Source: Octopus sinensis (lineage: Eukaryota). From it: a stretch of DNA of 64,000 nt. A program made the translations under genes and the position numbers. Each line of letters begins with the position of its first letter. Positions within the stretch are counted from its first letter, which is position 1. Below are positions 55,300 through 64,000 of the stretch, piece after piece. The DNA is taken from the NCBI RefSeq assembly GCF_006345805.1, contig NC_043003.1, positions 43,958,001 through 44,022,000 on the forward strand, given 5' to 3'. The notes beneath the pieces are model-generated. The model did no database searches. It saw only the letters and a list, made by a program, of their open reading frames with translations, and had not been told where the DNA came from.

Positions 55300-57500
55300 A
55301 GCTGGTGTATAACAATTTCTAAAACGAACGTCTGGATATATTTATGATCAAACAGATAGAAAGATTTGTTGCTCTTGAAGGATACAAACCAACTGTACAT
55401 ATGTATCTCTTTTTATGTCAATAAGCTAACAGTTTCCACAAGACCGTCATATTGCTATCTTCCTTGTATTATTGGTGAAATCTCTATTTCCGTTTAGTCA
55501 GTATTCTTCATATCTTGATACCGAGATATTCATCTCTTTTTGTGGTAACAAGCGAACAGTTTCTACAAAAAATTGGTGACGTAGATGAGATAAAATTTGG
55601 CATTGAATGTGGACTGAAATCGAACGCTCAAACGTACGGGAAAATTCAAAGAAGGCCTCAGCAAAACGAAGAATGTCATCCTCGAGCAAAATAAGATGAT
55701 GCATCAAAGCAGCTACTCTCCGACTTCAGGCAGTGATTGCTATTCCAATACACATCATCTCTGCAATTGAGGGACATGATCGTGCTCGCTAAACTATTAA
55801 GGAAGATATACTAAATAACCAAAGGAGAATAGAAATTATCGAGAAACAAGAGGCAAACTGGGAAGAAATTGCCGAGATGTTGGAAACCAAAGTTCAAGTG
55901 GCCAGTGCATGCGAAGAAGAATGGCAGCTAACAGAATTTTACCAAGGCGACTATGTGTACATAAAAACTCATCTGGATGCCCTTGAACGTCTAACGAAAC
56001 TCGAAGTGTATCTCGAAGTAATTAACTCGTTCGAAGGATTACGGTAATCGTAGACAACAAGGTATTGCTAAAGATTCAGCGACGAGGCCTCTTACTGCCT
56101 GAATAAGGCTACCGGAGATACAATTACCGACCGTCAATTTCGACCAACTGGAACGTTCAACATTTTGGTCATTTTTCAAATCAGCAGTTCACAATGCTTC
56201 CGAATACGAGCTACCGAAAGTTTAGACGTTCATTTACTTGTCACTTTAATCGAAAGCAAAGCAATTGAAACGATTGGTGGTTTGAGTATAACGGCCAAAA
56301 TCCCGAGCTCGCAACTGAACATTTTAAAGGAAGCTACAGGCAAAATGAAACTTCTAAACGCGAGTTGCAAGGCAGCTGAGAAGCATCCGACCGAACAGCG
56401 AAAATCCCGAATTGCTCAGGAAAACAATTGATAAACAAGTCCTGTTTGGAACTAGAATTACTGAAATGAAATGCTCAAGTGGCGAGGACAATTTTAACAT
56501 CAAGTTGCAGAACGTGTGATCGCTAGCAACCTCGTGAATCTCAATGACTGACAACAGACTAAAAATTATTCAAGGAATATAAGGAATTCATTGAAAATCG
56601 AATTAGCATAGGAATTATGGAAGAAACCCCAAAACAAGAAACCGAGAATGTTCATTATTGAACACACCATCCTGTACTGAAGCAAAGCAGTACACACACG
56701 AAGTTGAGAGTTGTTTACGATGCGAATGCAAAGGCTCTGATGAAAGGAAGAAAATCATCAAAATATGGTAGCAAGTGAAGAGACATTAGAACATGTAGCT
56801 GCCTTGGTAAACACTGAGGTTTTCTGTGAAGAGAAATATGAACAAGAGAATCAGTCTACTGAAGACATTATCAAAAACAGACATGGAGAAAAAAGAATCA
56901 GATATATCTAATATGGTATTAACAGATGTCTTCTGAAGCACCACCAATCCAGATGGGTATTCTCTGCTCCCTCACAAAACATTTGCTTCCAAGTGATACC
57001 AAACCATCAGATATTTCGGAAGATGATACCTTTGCAAAAGACCAATTTCAAAAAGAACTACCTGTCTCTTTATATACATACAGTAGTGGCGATAGTTGAA
57101 AACACTTGATTTGACTGCTATGCTTCAGGAGGAAACAGGAGGCATTCATATGATCGGACAAAAGTTAGAGAGAAGATACGTTTAGAGAAAATGAAATATT
57201 GTTTGAAATAAATTTGTCGTCAGTTCATGTGAAATGTTTGACAATCTTTTGTCTCTTAGAGGTTGTCGTGACATATATTTTACGAATTAGCACCGAGTGG
57301 CTTTTGTAGCGGTTAACAACGCCATGTTGTTCGATAGCGTTGGCAAATAAAAAAAGAACACAGACAACGAAAAATTGTAAAAAAGCCAAGACCATCAAGG
57401 ACTACTGAGTCGCGGTTCGGATGTCTAGACGATAATAACTAGCAGGACATATTTATGATCAAAGAGATCAACTGTACATATGTGTCTCTTTTCGTGTTTA
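55300..57500 (+). mobile_element. BEL/Pao LTR retrotransposon relic
   Basis: FWSFFKSAVHN and AIETIGGLSITA (DUF1759-type gag); EFIENRISIGIMEE..VHY*THHPVLKQSSTHTKLRVVYDANAK at 56584-56733 (Pao RT start); a repeated block ATATTTATGATCAAA..CAACTGTACATATGT near 55338 and 57448 suggests LTR remnants. Confidence 0.8.
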
Positions 57501-57599
57501 TACATATATGTATGTGTGTGTGCGTGTGTTTGTATGTATACATATATATATGTATATATTTATATACATATACATATATACATATATACATATATATAT

Positions 57600-57652
<53 letters not shown>

Positions 57653-57660
57653 ATATATAT

Positions 57661-57704
<44 letters not shown>

Positions 57705-57858
57705 ATATGTATGTATGTTTGAATATACTCATATATGTGTTTCTGTATATGTATGAGATCGAACTGCGATTTATTTAAGGTCAAGCGTATTGAACTTCTG
57801 TGATATATCATCCAAAATGTGTGAAATTTCCTTTTACATATAACTACTCACACACACA

Positions 57859-57915
<57 letters not shown>

Positions 57916-58854
57916 ACGTATTCTAATCCCTCTTAAGCTCCATTTTCTGTTCATTTCAATGTGTGAGCTTAAAGAATGCGGTATTTTTGCCAAGCAAATG
58001 CATATTTTACTGTAACATTCACAGTTTCAGTTCAAATAATGTCAGCAACAGGTGATACAATTTTCATATTTATATATAGGAGTGATACGAACGAATTCAG
58101 GAAATGAAGTCTGACATAGCCGAAGAATCTTTGCCAATTCCATTTCCGAATTCACTTTCAATATTTGAAAATCTATAAATCCGTTGTGTTCTAGTTTTGC
58201 TTTCATAATTACCATATCATATTTAAGTAAATGTGTAATCCCGTGACAATATTCGTCTCTGCCGCAGCTGCATTATGAAGTTATATTCTTTTTCACAGCG
58301 AATGGTGTCCTCGCAGAGTCCCGTGATTTCCTATTCAATGAACCCACGAAGTTGCAATAGCATTACTTATGTGTCTTTACATCTTCATCATTTGCTTCAA
58401 ATCTTGCGAACTGGCCAAATATATGATTGATATTTTTACAACATTTCCTTGCTTTGGTTGAAAGAGGATATAAACTCTGATGCTTTCTAACTGTGACATA
58501 CGGCCACTTCAGTTGAATTATGTTTCAGATCCTCAATCACTGCAGAAATCTGATTTAGTGAATAGTGTTGATCAGAATATGGATGTCTTCTCACCAAGAG
58601 ATCATCGTAACTTGTCAAAGGGTCATCACATTAACGTAAGGCAATATTCCAATATATTGGACCACAATCTAAAACGATACAGATTACAGGAAGTTAATAA
58701 AAAAACGAAGATATGTGTGAAATAATCAGGAGATGAAGTTTAGTATGCTCTCAGTGTGATGCAGAAGTGGATGCACAAAATATCTTTAGCTATATCATTA
58801 TATATCTGCAATATATTTAGGACAATAGAAACAATTACAACATTAAATATATTC

Positions 58855-59540
58855 GAAGGGGTTGGACTGCTAGAATTGTTAGCACACTGGGCAAAATACT
58901 AGCGGCATTTCGTCCATCAACGTCTGCCGGGTTCCACTTATCATTTCATTATTACGAGGTCAATAGAATAAATACGGGCTAGGCACTGGAGCCGATGTAA
59001 CCGATTTAATCCATCTCCTGAGATTGCTGGTCTTGAGCCAAAATCTGAAACCAATATTGGATATTCTCATGCAAGGTGATAAGCTAAGAGAATCGTTGGC
59101 ATATCGCGCAAAATGCTTGGTGGCGTTTCGTTTCTTGGATTCTGAGTTAAAATTCCGCAAATATCGACTTTGCAATTCATTTTTTGATGGGTTGATAAAA
59201 TAATTAGTAATTGAACATTGGGGTCGACCTAAATCATTTTCTCCTTCTATTGAAATTGCTGGTCTTGTGCTAACATTGGAAACATATATTTAATATTTAC
59301 CTGCTAGCATGATCTACGACGCCGGTCAACAGAATATCTAGCACACCGGTCAACATGACTAGCGGCATTTCTTCCGGCTCTTTATGTAAAGAATTCTTGT
59401 TCCACAGAGGTGAAATTTGTCTTTGACGTTCTGTGGTCGATGAAATAAAGTATCGCTCAAGTACTGGAGACGATATAATAGACCAAAACCATCTCCAAAA
59501 ATTGCCTACCTTGTGCCAAAATTTAAAACCAATAATAAAT
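58855..59540 (+). mobile_element. Three head-to-tail degenerate SINE family D copies
   Basis: Each has a GAAT.GTTAGCA-like head and an AATTGCTGG.CTTG.GC.AAAAT..GAAAC tail (ends near 59060, 59290 and 59540). Confidence 0.6.
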
Positions 59541-60224
59541 ATTCTTGTTTGCTTCTTCCGGTCAGCTGTAACCAATAACATTTAGGAAAAAAAAGCATTC
59601 AGATCGGCATTGTCTCGTCTTTTCAAGTATATATTATCTAATGTGCCTTCCCTTTTACCAGGTTAGTATGGTTTGATATGGTGGAGATTCCACTGCTATT
59701 TGTAGTAACTCCGTCGACGATGTAATAAGTTGAACATAGACAAAACTACATTTTATGTCATGAAAACACGCATTCAAACGGAGGGGAATTTCGAGGAAGA
59801 TACCACCAGCAGAAAGTTTAAGAATTGTACGCTATATCTATGTTATAGCTGTGTTAAAACTTTACTCATAAAGCCGCGACATAACACCATGTTAATCTCT
59901 TTCCAGTTTTAAAGAATGTTGCTTTCAATTGGCTATTAAGAACATGATATAAGGGTCATACGTTAATTGATAATGCTTTTGAACTATTGTAAAGTGTGGT
60001 GTCCGTAAACAGATTATATAAAATTTTCCCCAGAATTAGCAAAAGTCATATTCAAATACAAATCTATACTATCTGCCAACACATCTAATCACGGAAAGTT
60101 ATTTTGAATTGAAATTCAACTTATGAATTGCTTTACATATGAACAGTATTTCTGTTTTATATTGAATAAGAATTTAACGTGATTCGTTTTAACTTCCTCA
60201 GTAATGTATATATATATAAATATC

Positions 60225-60389
60225 GGCGCAGGAGTGGCTGTGTGATAAGAAGCTTGCATACCAACCACATGCCTTCAGGTTCAGTCCCACTGTGTGACAT
60301 CTTCGAAAAGTGTCTTCTACTAGAGCTAGCCTCGGGCCGACCAAAATTTTGTGAGTGGATTTGATAGACGGAAACTGAAAGAACCCCGT

Positions 60390-60463
<74 letters not shown>

Positions 60464-60628
60464 TATGCATATGTGGGTATGTCCCGACATCGCTTGACAA
60501 CCGATTCAGTTCGGCAAAAGAGACTGACAGTATAAGTACTAGGCTTACAAAGAATAAATCCTGGGGTCGATTTGCTCGACTAAAGGTGGTGCTCCACCAT
60601 GGATATAGTCAAATGACTGAAACATGTA
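60225..60628 (+). mobile_element. SINE family A
   Basis: GGCGCAGGAGTGGCTGTGTG head; homologous to 24864-25305. Confidence 0.85.
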
Positions 60629-61683
60629 TTAGGCATAGCATCGATTGTATTCTTTCTTTTTCACAGATTCTCTCACTTCATCTCTACCCAACCCTCTTTC
60701 TGTCTCTCGTACACTCATGCATATGTTTATATATCTCTATGTATACATGCATACAGGCAAAACGAGGGAATGCACAAGGTGGAGACTTCAGGATGGTGAA
60801 TTTATTAATAGCTCCAACTTACAGAGAGCAAAACGACACAGAAAATTAAAGTGGTGAGGAAGAAAGCTGTTATAAGCCCAACAGCTATTTCTGGGGGTTG
60901 TTCGGAGATCCATAATGACGTTCGTGATTCCTCTCAATAGGTAGCTGTAATGAATACAATCAACAGTGGATGACACAAACCTCTGTCGTGTGGATAGAGA
61001 GGGTCTGATATTACAGATCTTAATGCAGAGAAGTTCAAAGATGGAACGAATATATCAATATATGCATGTGTCTATGCATTGGCATCTAAGGTTATTTTCG
61101 CATTGATGTGTATGGGTGCATTTCTAATTTTTGTACGAGAACAAGAAAACGGAAGATTGATATGTAGACTTTAATTTATCAGAACATATTCACTTCCGAA
61201 TAATATCAAATATATTGCATCTACGCATGTTTCCAAACAATTCAATTTGAGAAATAAAAATTAACTTAAATTAAATTTTCATACTGAATACCGTTAATTG
61301 AGCATGTAGTCACGGGAAGAATTTGATATAAAGGAGCTACATTACAATGTGCATTTTAATCATTGTTAGACACAGATATATGCGTTTCATCAACCAATGT
61401 ATTTAAAAAAAACAACATAACTTCTGTAGATGCATATGCACTTATGTTGATGAATTTGTTCGCGCGTGCGTATAATGTGTTAAAAAACGAAAGTATCCGT
61501 TAGCTTAAGAAATATTTCGATACGATTACTTTACCTATAAATTATAACAACATTCCTAATTTACATTATTAGTTATAATAGATTGGAATGTCAGGAAAGT
61601 ATGTAATCATTTGCCACAATTAGTTATAATTCACCCAGTTGTAATCTCTAGTAATTACAGCCAAATAATAAATTATCATCCTT

Positions 61684-61692
61684 ATGATGATG

Positions 61693-61752
<60 letters not shown>

Positions 61753-61793
61753 TAATAATAATAATAATAATAATAATATAATAATAATAATAA

Positions 61794-61881
<88 letters not shown>

Positions 61882-61899
61882 CAGGATCATCATCATCAT
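61684..61899. repeat. (AAT)n followed by (ATT)n with TGA/TCA flanks: inverted microsatellite
   Basis: Direct reading; the strand switch is near 61795. Confidence 0.9.
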
Positions 61900-62059
61900 T
61901 ATGTATTGTTTATTCATTTTTAAAACCCTTTCTAAAAGTTTCTGGCCGATGAGGAATCAAAACAGCTTAGCAAAGTTGAATATATTAAGTCTTCAACATT
62001 TGTGTACGATATATTTATTTATAATAGTAACAATAGATAACAACGATCATAATTCAGGA

Positions 62060-62152
<93 letters not shown>

Positions 62153-63193
62153 GTATGTATATACACAGACTAGATAACAGCGGATATTATTCTTCTTGCA
62201 TAGTGGTTCTACTAGAAACAAGCTGTCACCCTCTGTCGTATTACATGCACAGAATGCTCATTCCTACAATGCATTTGGTATTGTACAGTTTGATTCGGAT
62301 AACCCATTGCTGGAAAAGAAAAAGAACAACTGGTAGAAAATTTTGTGGGATATATTTCTACTTTCAAGGTTCGGCTTCTTTTTTATTGGAAAATCAGAAA
62401 TGAAAATAATACTAATTTTTTTAACATCAAATGAAAAATATTTTCTGCGACTGGAAATGTCATTTCTTCATGCTCATCTGTAATTTTACTAACAGAGATC
62501 ATATAGAATTAAACATGTATGTTTTTTCAGGAAAATAGAGAAACCTGTACCTTCCAAGGATTTTAGATATGCCTGAAGCAGCGAACGCGCATTATGATAA
62601 ACTGCAATTTATTTGGTAGTGACACATCTGCCTATTTCTCCTACATATCCAAAAATGAAAAGAAGAAAAAATATATCATATATAACTGGAATGGATAGAC
62701 CAGCGGCTGCCTGGGGATAAACATCAATATTTCTTTCATGATAGATGAGACATAAGATTCTAAATCAGTAAAATAGATTTGCATAGTTTCATACAAAAAT
62801 GAGCAAATATAAAAAGAACACGGAAAAAATCATCGGCCCAAATTCCTCAGATTGTTCGTGCAAATTTATTACACATCGATATAGGAAATATATGGAATAT
62901 TTCTCAGGTATTTTAATTATTAAAGATTGAAATAATCTTAAACAAATATCACTATTCTCACTTGTATTATATCGATCATGATAAAATATTTTCGTTTAGG
63001 GCCATGTTGTTTCTAAGACTACAACAACATGCTTCCTCAATGCTAAAACAATGCAAATTTAGCCAATGATTTCGAAACAAATCAATGAAACACTGTTTAG
63101 TTGTATGTATGGATGTGTATGTATGTGCATGTATGTCTGTATGTAGCTATGCGTGTATGTATATATGTATATGTGTATGCATATATGTATGTA

Positions 63194-63230
<37 letters not shown>

Positions 63231-63247
63231 TTGTATGCATGTACGTG

Positions 63248-63301
<54 letters not shown>

Positions 63302-63590
63302 GTTTATATGTTTGTGTGTGTATTAATATTTTGAGTATTTCTGACACGTGTGTACAGACGTTCTTACAATTTAAAGTAAATAATTCAGATGTTACCTATC
63401 TGTAAATGTATTTAATTTCATCAAACAAACTACGAGACTATACGAGGGCATACAAGAACATGCATGGGGGACACACGCATAAACACACGCGCAAACGCAC
63501 ACCCATACACATAAACATACAAGCACACATAAACTAACAAACGCAATCTCAAATACAAGCACACATACATACATCATATACATATATATG

Positions 63591-63658
<68 letters not shown>

Positions 63659-64000
63659 TATGTATACACACATGCACACAAACACACACACATGCACACA
63701 CATATATATTATATACCGTTTTCTCGTAAAACTACGTGTCTAACTATATGAAATTTTTACTTTCATTATTGTGGTACGTGCTTAGTTTGTATGTGTATGA
63801 ATGATGTGAACTGCTAAACTTGCAAGACACCGATCTTTTCACATCTGGAAATGAAATTTCAGAATATATGTTTTATTTAATTTTTTTTTTGTTTTATACG
63901 GTATTTATATTTTGTTAAACAAGATGTCTAAGGGAACTGATTGACAGTATAAATATAAGCAGTATATATGCATACATACATACAAACATACATATATACA

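Noticed and set aside
62531-62615. Possible exon after a GTTTTTTCAG acceptor
   Set aside because: Weak donor, no recognisable peptide and no partner exons.

Overview
AT-rich, microsatellite-dense animal genomic DNA. The SINE set looks like that of an octopus or other coleoid cephalopod; this is from recognition, not a database search. One host protein-coding exon is supported: the terminal coding exon (10824-11445, +) of a heparan sulfate 3-O-sulfotransferase of the HS3ST2/3/4/6 (fly Hs3st-B) type. I found no upstream exon in the window. The rest is intron or gene desert filled with retroelement and transposon remnants: RTE and R4/Dong LINEs, a Penelope-like (PLE) RT+GIY-YIG relic, a BEL/Pao relic, Tc1 and mariner remnants, several Helitron derivatives (one with a 173-codon PIF1 helicase segment, one carrying a 165-bp tandem array) and many tRNA-type SINEs. 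The most striking hidden structure is a set of hammerhead-ribozyme motifs from four distinct repeat families. One copy has a fully canonical core (44777-44875, minus strand). Another sits in both arms of a 313-bp almost perfect inverted repeat (29522-30288), which is followed by a direct copy whose two deletions remove the catalytic core. Most ORFs in the supplied track are microsatellite artefacts.
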